From assembly GCA_965218435.1 (NCBI GenBank), contig CBDCKW010000009.1, forward strand, positions 1,280,001-1,344,000: a stretch of DNA of 64,000 bases, read 5' to 3'. Positions within the stretch are counted from its first letter, which is position 1. Every line of letters starts with the position of its first letter. The translations under genes were made by a program, and so were the position numbers. The stretch comes from Truepera sp. GTDB taxonomy: Bacteria; Deinococcota; Deinococci; Deinococcales; Trueperaceae. The notes beneath the pieces were generated by a model. The model saw only the letters and a list, made by a program, of their open reading frames with translations. It had not been told where the DNA came from and ran no database searches. Of the stretch, positions 9,773-18,392 are shown piece after piece.

Positions 9773-10906
9773 CTAATTTGAACCGGTCACTGGAGCCACT
9801 GACGGAACACCCGCAAAGTTCGGCTGAAAACTGTAGGCGGCGGCGTAACGTCCGTCCGTTTGCGCCTCACCGACGTAAATCGGCTCAGCGTCGCTGAGCC
9901 CGGTCAGGTTGATGCCGGCGCGGGTTCCGTTGACCGTAAGCGGCACCAAGCTGTTACCCTGCCACGCGCTGAGATCCTCCGGCGGCGTCCGGGAAAAGGT
10001 GAGCTGTAACTCGAGACCGCGCTCGAGCTTTTCCGTGTAGGTCACCCCGAGCAGCTGGCCGTACTCGCCACTTATTGCGCCCGAACGAGAGAACCCGCCG
10101 CTATTTAACCACCCGTCGTCTTGCAAGATAAAGCTGCCCTGTGCGCCGCTGCTCCGCAACCCGAGCTGCACCGGGAGGGGTAGGGCCGGAGCCTCAGCTA
10201 GTGGAACGCTCAAGGTTCGGGTGCCCGCGTCTAACGTCTCGGGCCGGCTGCTCTGGTCGCCGTAAAAGAGCGCAACTTCACCGGACGACGAAAGCGAGAC
10301 GGTCGCCTCGAGCGTCGGCACTTGATGTAAGACCGAAATGATTTGCGCACGCTCGAGCGGCGCAGGTTGATACCCCAACACCTGCGCCACGGCGACGCGG
10401 CCGTCCGGGTAGCGGGCCGCACCGAAGCCGACGTGCGTAAACTCTGGGTTGAGCAAATTGGCGCGGTGACCGGGAGACTCGAGCCAACCCGTGGTCGTCG
10501 CCTCGGCTGTATCCGCCTCACCGACCAACGCTAAGTTTTCACCGAGTGTGCCGATAAACGACCCACTCCGCGCAACCCGCTGGCTGACCGTAGCATTTTC
10601 AGGGGTGGGCGAAGTATGCGAAAAGTAGCCGAGCCGCGCCATCTCCTCAGCGTGGTGGCGGGCGGCTTGGGCGAGCCCTTCGTCTGGCTCGAGCGTCCCC
10701 ACCCCATTGTCTGACCTGGCCTCGTTTGTAAGTGTGAGAAGCTGGGCCTCGAGGCTGGCGTCGCCGGGAAGTGGTGTATACGGCGCGGCGTAAACCGGTG
10801 CTACTGCCATAAGTAACAGCGCCCACAGCACGAGTCGCCGTAAATCCTGCCGTAAAACTCGCGGCAAAGCCTGCCGTGAAACTTGCCGTAAAATCTGTGA
10901 CCGCAC
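9773..10906 (-). CDS. Secreted CAP (SCP-like) domain protein
   Basis: AARHHAEEMARLGYFSHTSP, GENLA, WLESPGHRANLL, VGFG. Confidence 0.88.
   Translation of the reverse strand: MRSQILRQVSRQALPRVLRQDLRRLVLWALLLMAVAPVYAAPYTPLPGDASLEAQLLTLTNEARSDNGVGTLEPDEGLAQAARHHAEEMARLGYFSHTSPTPENATVSQRVARSGSFIGTLGENLALVGEADTAEATTTGWLESPGHRANLLNPEFTHVGFGAARYPDGRVAVAQVLGYQPAPLERAQIISVLHQVPTLEATVSLSSSGEVALFYGDQSSRPETLDAGTRTLSVPLAEAPALPLPVQLGLRSSGAQGSFILQDDGWLNSGGFSRSGAISGEYGQLLGVTYTEKLERGLELQLTFSRTPPEDLSAWQGNSLVPLTVNGTRAGINLTGLSDAEPIYVGEAQTDGRYAAAYSFQPNFAGVPSVAPVTGSN
10837..10896. repeat. Five 12-bp tandem repeats in the N-region of the CAP protein signal peptide
   Basis: GCCGTAAATCCT/GCCGTAAAACTC/GCGGCAAAGCCT/GCCGTGAAACTT/GCCGTAAAATCT. 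Confidence 0.85.
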
Positions 10907-10907
10907 G

Positions 10908-11366
10908 TTACTGGATATAGAAGGTAGTTTCGGCCGTGTCTTGTACCGCTGCTGAAGGGTCGCTCGAGACGCTTAAGGTTGCGCGTTGCAACCCGCGCGG
11001 CGGCGCTAAAACGTATTCGGCGCGCTCCCCCGGCGTCGGCAGGGTCACCGTACCACCGGGCAGGTAGACGTTTTGGGCCAAAGTAGACGTGCTACCGTCC
11101 GGCGCGGTCACGCTCAGCGTCGCGTAACCGGGTTCGGTGAGCTGGACCTGAAAACTGATCGTTTCACCCAAGCCGTAAACCGAGCCTGCGCCCTGCGTCG
11201 GCGTAAAGGCGCTGATGGCGGGCGCTGCCGTAACCGTGACCTCGGGTTGTGAGCGCGTTCCCGGCAATGGTCTGACGCGGACGTTCGCGTCAGGTTGAGG
11301 GCTGACGTAAAAAGTACAGGCGCTGAGCAGCAGGGCGAGCGTAAGGGTTGTCCAAAAGGGTTTCAT
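10908..11366 (-). CDS. DUF4384-like lipoprotein
   Basis: Lipobox LSAC; YGLGETISF, PGYATL, PDG, APPRG pattern. Confidence 0.7.
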   Translation of the reverse strand: MKPFWTTLTLALLLSACTFYVSPQPDANVRVRPLPGTRSQPEVTVTAAPAISAFTPTQGAGSVYGLGETISFQVQLTEPGYATLSVTAPDGSTSTLAQNVYLPGGTVTLPTPGERAEYVLAPPRGLQRATLSVSSDPSAAVQDTAETTFYIQ

Positions 11367-11654
11367 CCGGGTAGTGTAGCAAGCCCGTGCGGGCTAAAAG
11401 AGCGGAAAAACCTCAATGACTCTACAGCAAAACCTCATCTAAGTGCTTCTCGACATTCTAACGCCAAGTGCAAGGTTTTGCCCTGTGCTGTTCGGCAAAA
11501 GTCAGTCGCTGAGTCGTCAGCGTTCAGAAGTTGGTAGCTCATAAACGGAAATCGCGTTTCTTATTCACATCACGCTTTTGGTCTACCTGGAACGCGGCGG
11601 TAACAGCAAAGGGTAAGAGTAACTGTCAGCGCAGCTCGAGCCGCCCCTGCTCAA

Positions 11655-12014
11655 CTACTTTGCTTCCTGACCAGGTTGCGGTTTTGACGAGAGCAAATAC
11701 TGCATATCGGTCTGAAAGTATTGCCCCGAAGGGTCGTACCAGTAGACGTAACCGTCAGGTTGGGTCGCTGCGCCGTTGGTCACTTCTGAAACCGAACGCG
11801 TCACCTTACCGTCAACCAGCCCCTGATGTACGGGCGTCCCGTTTAGCGCGTACACCGTAATGTACATTCGTCCACCCGTAAAGTCCTGTAAGTCGCGGCG
11901 GATACGGTTTTGCGTTTCGTTGCGGCACCCTACGAGAAAACCTGAAAGCAGCAGCAGCGCAGTCAGGAGCAGCAGCGTGTTTCGTTTAGACCAGACTATC
12001 TTCTTTGGCTTCAT
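11655..12014 (-). CDS. Hypothetical lipoprotein
   Basis: Lipobox LVGC after hydrophobic stretch; TATGCT-N6-ATG. Confidence 0.7.
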   Translation of the reverse strand: MKPKKIVWSKRNTLLLLTALLLLSGFLVGCRNETQNRIRRDLQDFTGGRMYITVYALNGTPVHQGLVDGKVTRSVSEVTNGAATQPDGYVYWYDPSGQYFQTDMQYLLSSKPQPGQEAK

Positions 12015-12062
12015 AATCGTAGCATAGCACCGCAGCCTGCTACAGCCTTTTAGGTCCGCTGA

Positions 12063-12094
12063 TTTGACTCTCTAACACTCAAATAATATATAAT
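12063..12094 (+). promoter_or_regulatory. HAIR-like HspR operator overlapping the dnaJ-hspR promoter
   Basis: TTTGACT-N7-ACTCAAA (12063-12083) vs consensus CTTGAGT-N7-ACTCAAG; overlaps -35 TTGACT; TATAAT at 12089-12094, 6 nt before GTG. Confidence 0.8.
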
Positions 12095-12100
12095 TCTGTA

Positions 12101-13075
12101 GTGACACGGACGCTCGCCGACCCTTACACCACTCTGGGCGTTGCCCGCACTGCCGACGCCGCTGAGATCAAGGCGGCGTACCGTAAGCTGGCTTTGCAGT
12201 ACCACCCTGACCGCAACGCCGGGAGTAAAGAGGCGGAGGAGCGTTTCAAAGAGATTTCTGAAGCGTACGCGACGCTCCGCGACCCCGAACTGCGGGCACG
12301 TTTCGACCGTTACGGCGCAGCGGGTTACAGTTCTGGGTACGGTTCAGGCTATGGCGGCGCAGGCTCGAGTCCGGGTCGCCCCGACTTTAGCACCGTTGAC
12401 TGGCAAACGATCTTTCAAGAGGCGGACATCAAGGTGGACTGGAGTCAGCGGCAGACGGTGCCGCAGACCGGCAACGTGATGTTCGACGCGCTCTTCGGTG
12501 TGATGACCGGGATGATGCGTTCGTCGGGCCTGCTTCCTGGCGAAGACCGTGAGGTGGCGCTCTCGGTCACGGTGCCTGAAGCTAGAGCTGGGGCTGAGCG
12601 CCGCGTTCACGTTCCGGGGCCGAGCGTCTGCCCGACGTGCGGCGGTACCGGACAGGGAGCCGCAGGATTTTGTGAGACGTGTGGTGGGCGCGGCGTAACG
12701 CGTGGCGGCGGCAGTGTCGAGGTCACCGTGCCGCCCCTGCGTAAAGACGACCTGCGTCTCAAGCTTAAAGGCTTAGGGGGTCCCGGTCGTCCCCCCGGTG
12801 ACGCCTACGTCCACGTCAGCGTACAGCTCCCACCGGACGCCACTTTAGACGCAGATGGTACATTGCGTGCACCGCTGACGGTGTTACCCCTCGAGGCGTC
12901 ACGGGGCGTTCAGACGACGGTGCTAGGTGTGCCGGTCACCGTGCCACCGGGCTCGAGTCCCGGCGACGTATTGCACGTTCCTGAGGGCGGCTTGGGCGGC
13001 AAAGACCTCGTGCTGACGCTGCAAACAGACGTCTGGGGCGGTCTCTGGCGGCGTGTTCGGAACGCGCTCAGCTAG
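12101..13075 (+). CDS. DnaJ-family co-chaperone with partial zinc finger
   Basis: J-domain with HPD; two CxxCxGxG repeats ([16 protein letters not shown]); shortened C-terminal domain. Confidence 0.9.
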   Translation: MTRTLADPYTTLGVARTADAAEIKAAYRKLALQYHPDRNAGSKEAEERFKEISEAYATLRDPELRARFDRYGAAGYSSGYGSGYGGAGSSPGRPDFSTVDWQTIFQEADIKVDWSQRQTVPQTGNVMFDALFGVMTGMMRSSGLLPGEDREVALSVTVPEARAGAERRVHVPGPSVCPTCGGTGQGAAGFCETCGGRGVTRGGGSVEVTVPPLRKDDLRLKLKGLGGPGRPPGDAYVHVSVQLPPDATLDADGTLRAPLTVLPLEASRGVQTTVLGVPVTVPPGSSPGDVLHVPEGGLGGKDLVLTLQTDVWGGLWRRVRNALS

Positions 13076-13088
13076 AAGGGAGGAAACC

Positions 13089-13493
13089 ATGTCAAAGAAA
13101 AAAGAAACCAAAACCTCCCATAAACACGAGGACCGGCCCTTATACGTGATCAGCGTCGCTGCTGAACTCGTAGACATGCATCCGCAGACGCTCCGCCTTT
13201 ACGAGCGCAAAGGGCTGATCGAACCGAGCCGTTCGTCGGGCCAAACGCGCCTCTACTCGCAGCGCGACATTGACCACCTGCGCGAAATCCGCCGCCTGAC
13301 CCAAGAACTCGGCGTCAACCTAGCAGGTGTTGAGGAGATCATCCGGTTGCGCCGCCAGCTAGACGAACTCCAAGGCGGGATGGAGACGCGGATCGGCGTG
13401 CTGCAAAGTGAAATCAGTGAGCGCATTTTAGACTACCGGCAACAAGGGGTGCTCGAGGCTCCAGGAGACGACGCCGAATTAGACGACGACTAA
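13089..13493 (+). CDS. hspR: Heat-shock repressor HspR (MerR family)
   Basis: [41 protein letters not shown]; downstream of dnaJ. Confidence 0.92.
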   Translation: MSKKKETKTSHKHEDRPLYVISVAAELVDMHPQTLRLYERKGLIEPSRSSGQTRLYSQRDIDHLREIRRLTQELGVNLAGVEEIIRLRRQLDELQGGMETRIGVLQSEISERILDYRQQGVLEAPGDDAELDDD

Positions 13494-13557
13494 CCAGGCT
13501 GTTTCCGGTTACCCTGTTACCGACTCAACCGGGTGGTGCCAGCGTTATACTCGGCGG

Positions 13558-14925
13558 ATGAGCGACTACAAAACTTACGTCGAAGACAGCAGTGAACGTC
13601 TGTTAGCTGAACTCCAAGACTTTCTAACCATCCCTTCGGTCAGCACCGCGCCGCAGCACAAAGACGACGTGCGCCGCGCGGCTGACTTTGTGTTGGGTCA
13701 GCTTGACGCGTTAGGGTTTACTTCTGAACTTTACGACACGGCCCGTCACCCTGTCGTTTATGCTGAAAAACATGTGTCGGACGACGCCCCGACTGTCCTG
13801 ATTTACGGCCACTACGACGTGCAGCCCCCTGAACCCTTAGGGCTCTGGACCACGCCGCCTTTTGAACCGACCGTGCGGGACGGCGTACTTTACGCGCGGG
13901 GCGCGTCCGACGACAAAGGGCAGATTTTTGCGCACCTTAAAGGCGTCGAGGCGCTTCTATCCGAAACCGGGACGCTGCCCCTGAACGTCAAGTTCTTAGT
14001 CGAAGGTGAAGAAGAGATCGGCAGTCCCAACCTGATGCCGTTTATCGAGCTGCATAAAGAGCTGCTCGAGTGTGACATTGTTTTAATTTCTGACGGCGCG
14101 ATGGCCGCCCCCGAAACGCCGACGATTACCTATGGGCTCAAAGGGCTGGCGTATATCGAGGTTCACGTCAAAGGTGCCGACATGGACCTGCACTCGGGCG
14201 CGTTCGGCGGCGCAGCCCCCAATCCCATCAACGGCCTCGCTAAAATGATTGCTGCGCTGCACGACGGTGAGGGCCGCGTCGCGGTGCCGGGGTTTTACGA
14301 CGCGGTACTCGACATCACGCCTGAAGAGCGCGAGGTTTTCAAGCGTGCGCCCTTTGATGAACAAGCTCTGGAGAAAGAGCTGGGTGTGGACGCGCTACCG
14401 GGAGAAGCGGGTTATACGGTGCTCGAGCGCCTCTGGGCACGGCCGACTTTGGACTGCAACGGCATTGGCGGCGGCTTTCAGGGCGAAGGGTCGAAAACGG
14501 TGATCGCGTCCGAGGCGATGGTGAAGATTTCGTGCCGTTTGGTGCCGAATCAAACCCCGCAAGAGATCGCGCAAAAGCTCGGCGATTATCTGCGCTCTCT
14601 CGTCCCGGCTGGGCTGAGTCTCGAGATCGTTGACCTGCACGGCGGCGACGGGGTGTTGACGCCACTGACCTCAAACGCGGTGCAAGCAGCGGGCCGCGCC
14701 CTTTCCGAGGTTTATGGCAAAGAGACGGTTTTTGCCCGTACCGGCGGGACGATTCCGGTCGGGAGCACCTTTCAAAAAGTTTTAGGCGCAGATGTGGTGT
14801 TTGTCGGCTTGGGGCTCGAGAGCGACCGGGCACACTCACCGAATGAAAAGTTCGATCTAGTGAATTACTACAAGGGGATTGAGGTGAGCGCGGCGCTGCT
14901 GGGGGGGTTTGCAAAGGAAATATAA
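13558..14925 (+). CDS. M20 family dipeptidase
   Basis: YGHYDVQP, RGASDDKGQ, EGEEEIGS, DLHSG, GGTIP, HSPNEK. Confidence 0.92.
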   Translation: MSDYKTYVEDSSERLLAELQDFLTIPSVSTAPQHKDDVRRAADFVLGQLDALGFTSELYDTARHPVVYAEKHVSDDAPTVLIYGHYDVQPPEPLGLWTTPPFEPTVRDGVLYARGASDDKGQIFAHLKGVEALLSETGTLPLNVKFLVEGEEEIGSPNLMPFIELHKELLECDIVLISDGAMAAPETPTITYGLKGLAYIEVHVKGADMDLHSGAFGGAAPNPINGLAKMIAALHDGEGRVAVPGFYDAVLDITPEEREVFKRAPFDEQALEKELGVDALPGEAGYTVLERLWARPTLDCNGIGGGFQGEGSKTVIASEAMVKISCRLVPNQTPQEIAQKLGDYLRSLVPAGLSLEIVDLHGGDGVLTPLTSNAVQAAGRALSEVYGKETVFARTGGTIPVGSTFQKVLGADVVFVGLGLESDRAHSPNEKFDLVNYYKGIEVSAALLGGFAKEI

Positions 14926-14976
14926 AACACTGAGTTTTTGAGAAACTTGTTCTTGAGGGCTCACTAATTGCTCGAC

Positions 14977-15894
14977 TTATTCGTCGGTCGTTGCTGACTG
15001 AGAGAGTTGCAGCTTACGTTCTTCTTCTCTCATTCGTGCCGACAACCATCCGAAGGCTTCGATAACCTTGGGTAGCCCAGACATATACATTTGCACTTCT
15101 TCCCCTGACTTCAAAGTTTTCAATCTTTCTATTTGTTCTGGCAACAACAGCACTGTCTTGGTAAACTCTTTCCCTACTTTTTCGTTTGAGAGCTTCAAAT
15201 CCACTATGGGTGCGTTGTCAGATTCATAAAGAGGCATGTAGATATTTGAGTCTGTTAAGTCTTCAATCTCAATAAGTTGCCTATCGTAGTTATAAGACTG
15301 AAATCTAAGTGTAAACTTAGTAGATAATCCAGCAACAAGACACATTTTGGGTGGTTCCTCTCTGCATTGAAGCCTTTCTAAAGGTTCGACTCTTTGCTTC
15401 AGTTTCACCTCTTGGTTAATATTTGATAACCCACGACTTCTCAAATGCCTTATCCAAAAATTTAGAACATTAGTTAAAACTTCTGTTAGGTTACGCTGAC
15501 TGCCATCGAGCAAACTAACCTCAATCTGTTTTGTGGAATCTTTATAGACTCCGAACTTATCTTTGTACGCAGTTATAACAACAATTTCGCTTATGGCGTC
15601 TCTCTCATTTTTGACAAGCAACGGTGGGTTTTGGGTCAATGTATGGTGCTTCGTAATATTTGCAATATCCTTGACAATTTTGTAATCGGAACACTGAGTC
15701 AAAACATCCTTCAATTTTATGGCAAATGGTGACGGGAGCTGCTCACGGAAGTGATACAAAGCTATCGCCACATTTGAGCCAGCGCGCGTGTCTTTTCCGT
15801 TGCCTATTTCATCTGCCTCTTGTAGTTCGATAAACTCTTTATAAGGAAGTAGCACGTGTTCATAGAAAAAAGTTGCTAACTGATCAGCACCCAT
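14977..15894 (-). CDS. AT-rich hypothetical protein, possible HEPN-like N-terminal domain
   Basis: 305-aa ORF, visibly lower GC than flanks, own TATAAT-N7-ATG; helical N-terminus with DIANITKH. Confidence 0.7.
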   Translation of the reverse strand: MGADQLATFFYEHVLLPYKEFIELQEADEIGNGKDTRAGSNVAIALYHFREQLPSPFAIKLKDVLTQCSDYKIVKDIANITKHHTLTQNPPLLVKNERDAISEIVVITAYKDKFGVYKDSTKQIEVSLLDGSQRNLTEVLTNVLNFWIRHLRSRGLSNINQEVKLKQRVEPLERLQCREEPPKMCLVAGLSTKFTLRFQSYNYDRQLIEIEDLTDSNIYMPLYESDNAPIVDLKLSNEKVGKEFTKTVLLLPEQIERLKTLKSGEEVQMYMSGLPKVIEAFGWLSARMREEERKLQLSQSATTDE

Positions 15895-15915
15895 AGCAAA
15901 TATTATATGTCGTTC

Positions 15916-16353
15916 CTATCCCTCCTTCTGAATCTGCTCATGGACGACCAACACCGGCAGCCGCGCATTCCGCACCACCTCTTCGGCAACACTGCCGTTT
16001 AGAAAATGGGCCAACCCGGTACGCCCGTGCGTCCCCATCACAATCAGGTCGGGGTGCCACGCCGCCGCCTGCTCTAAAATTGCCTCGGCGGGTTGACCCA
16101 CAACAACGGCGCATTCTTCGTTCCCTTGGGCAAGTTCTTGCAGTTGTTCTAAAGGCTCGAGCTCGAGCGTCCTTCTCGCCTCGGCTGCGTCAACCGGTGA
16201 GGTAAAGGTGTCGGTGTAAAGTGTGGCAATCCGTTGGGCGCTGAGAATGTGTAAAAGCTGCACCGCTGCGCCCGGAAAGTGTTGCCGCGCAGTCATAAGT
16301 GCAGCGTCTGAGTTGGGCAAAAAATCTATCGGTACGAGCAAACGGCCAAACAT
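15916..16353 (-). CDS. Universal stress protein
   Basis: LLVPIDF, DLIVMGTHGRTG..NGSVAEEVVR..PVLVV. Confidence 0.93.
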   Translation of the reverse strand: MFGRLLVPIDFLPNSDAALMTARQHFPGAAVQLLHILSAQRIATLYTDTFTSPVDAAEARRTLELEPLEQLQELAQGNEECAVVVGQPAEAILEQAAAWHPDLIVMGTHGRTGLAHFLNGSVAEEVVRNARLPVLVVHEQIQKEG

Positions 16354-16423
16354 AGGGAACCTCCAGAGTGCTTGCCGAGACAAACTCGTAAAGACGTGTA
16401 GCTAGTTTAACGTTCAAAGTGCG

Positions 16424-16452
16424 TTGCACTCTCCTGGCGTGTAGGGCACAAT
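16424..16452 (+). promoter_or_regulatory. Predicted sigma-70 promoter of sulP, giving a ~200-nt leader
   Basis: TTGCAC-N17-CACAAT. Confidence 0.5.
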
Positions 16453-16656
16453 AGACAGAGCGCGGGGCTGGACGTACCGCCCGCACCCGGTTGTATGACG
16501 TTGTACGCTCGAGGCTCACCTATCCATCCGACCCTCTTGACGCTAACAGCATCCTTCTAAATTCAAAAGGACAAATCTTCGTAACTGTTTGCTTTCTGCC
16601 GTCTACTTTTTACGCCTCTCCCCAGGTATCTGCCTGACTCTAAAAAAGAGGTTATT

Positions 16657-18138
16657 TTGTTTTCATCAACGCTTAAACGCGAGTGGTTTGGTAACGTTCG
16701 CGGTGACATTCTCGCCGGTCTCGTCGTGGCGCTCGCTCTCATCCCCGAGGCTATCGCGTTCTCTATTATCGCTGGTGTTGACCCAGCCGTCGGGCTTTAC
16801 GCATCGTTTTCGGTTGCGGTGGTCATTGCGTTTGTCGGAGGCCGTCCGGGGATGATCAGCGCCGCGACCGGTGCGATGGCGCTCCTGATGATTACGCTGG
16901 TGCGCGATTACGGGCTCGAGTATCTCTTTGCGACCACCATCATGACCGGCGTCATTCAGATTTTGTTCGGCGTCTTTAAGCTCGGGCGCTACCTCAAGTT
17001 TGTGCCGCGCAGCGTGATGATCGGCTTTGTTAATGCACTCGCCATCCTGATCTTTATGGCGCAGCTGCCGCAGTTTGCCGGGGAAAACTGGCATATGTAC
17101 GCAATGGTCGCCGCTGGTCTCGCCATCATCTACGGGTTGCCGAGGCTGACCAAAGCGGTACCGAGTGCGCTCGTGGCGATTGTCGTGCTGACGCTCGTAA
17201 GTATTCTTACGGGGGCGAATGTGGGCACCGTCGGCGATATGGGCGAGTTGCCGAGTGCGTTGCCCTTTTTTGGCCTGCCTGCGGTGCCATTGACGTTGGG
17301 GACGCTCGGAATTATCCTTCCAGTCGCGCTGACCTTGGCGCTCGTAGGACTTTTGGAGTCCCTTCTGACCGCGCAGATCGTAGACGATATGACCGATACC
17401 GGCAGTGACAAAAATAAAGAGGCCAGGGGCCAGGGGATGGCGAATATCGTCACCGGCTTTTTCGGCGGGATGGCGGGTTGCGCGATGATTGGACAGTCGG
17501 TCATCAACGTCAAATCGGGTGGGCGCGGTCGTCTGTCAACGCTCGTCGCCGGGGTCGTGTTGATCTTTTTAATCTTGGTACTGTCGCCGTGGGTCAAACA
17601 GATTCCGATGGGTGCGCTCGTTGCCGTGATGATCATGGTATCGGTGAGCACCTTCGACTGGTCATCGCTCCGTAGCCTGACGGTGGTGCCCAGGGGCGAA
17701 GCGATTGTCATGGTGGCAACCGTGGCGACGACCGTGCTGACGCACAACTTGGCGCAAGGCGTCCTCGTCGGGGTACTCCTAAGCACCCTGTTTTTTGCCC
17801 GTAAAGTGTCGCAACTCTCGAGCGTCAGCAGCACCCTCAGTGACGACGGTCAAACGCGCACCTACACGGTAAGCGGTCAGCTCTTTTTCGTCTCGACGCA
17901 AGGTTTTATTGACGGTTTTGACCTGCAAGAAGAGGTCAGCCATGTGGTCATTGACCTATCGAGCGCGCACATCTGGGACGGTTCAGCGATTGCGGCGCTC
18001 GATAAGGTGGCGATAAAGCTGATGCGGCGCGGCGTCACTGTCGAATTGGTCGGTCAAAACGAGGCGAGCGCCGCGCTGATTGCGCGGTTGGCGCAGCATG
18101 ACAAGTTAGGAACGCTTTTGAGTAGCCCTGCACATTAG
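16657..18138 (+). CDS. SulP family anion transporter with STAS domain
   Basis: [33 protein letters not shown]-terminal GQLFF STAS. Confidence 0.93.
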   Translation: MFSSTLKREWFGNVRGDILAGLVVALALIPEAIAFSIIAGVDPAVGLYASFSVAVVIAFVGGRPGMISAATGAMALLMITLVRDYGLEYLFATTIMTGVIQILFGVFKLGRYLKFVPRSVMIGFVNALAILIFMAQLPQFAGENWHMYAMVAAGLAIIYGLPRLTKAVPSALVAIVVLTLVSILTGANVGTVGDMGELPSALPFFGLPAVPLTLGTLGIILPVALTLALVGLLESLLTAQIVDDMTDTGSDKNKEARGQGMANIVTGFFGGMAGCAMIGQSVINVKSGGRGRLSTLVAGVVLIFLILVLSPWVKQIPMGALVAVMIMVSVSTFDWSSLRSLTVVPRGEAIVMVATVATTVLTHNLAQGVLVGVLLSTLFFARKVSQLSSVSSTLSDDGQTRTYTVSGQLFFVSTQGFIDGFDLQEEVSHVVIDLSSAHIWDGSAIAALDKVAIKLMRRGVTVELVGQNEASAALIARLAQHDKLGTLLSSPAH

Positions 18139-18155
18139 GACTTAGCAGCTTCACT

Positions 18156-18372
18156 GACTTGAGCGAGACAAGTCATACTAATTCCGATTGATTTGTTTGC
18201 ATAAACGGATCAATCCGAGCGGAGCGAGTGGGAACAAATATACGGGTAGAGCGTAATGGACGATCACCGAGGCTTTTTCTTGGTGATCGGGAATAAAGCG
18301 GAATCCGTATCAGGTACTTGTAACGCAGTCGAAAACAAAACACTAGAGGGAGAGCAACCTTGCTCTCCCTTT
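18156..18372 (+). ncRNA. Candidate structured small RNA
   Basis: Two long hairpins with plus-strand G.U pairs, further long-range stems, possible promoter and strong terminator. Confidence 0.4.
18347..18372. terminator. Hairpin terminator between convergent sulP and treS
   Basis: AGGGAGAGCA-acct-TGCTCTCCCT-tt. Confidence 0.75.
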
Positions 18373-18392
18373 CGACGTGCAATATCAGGCTA

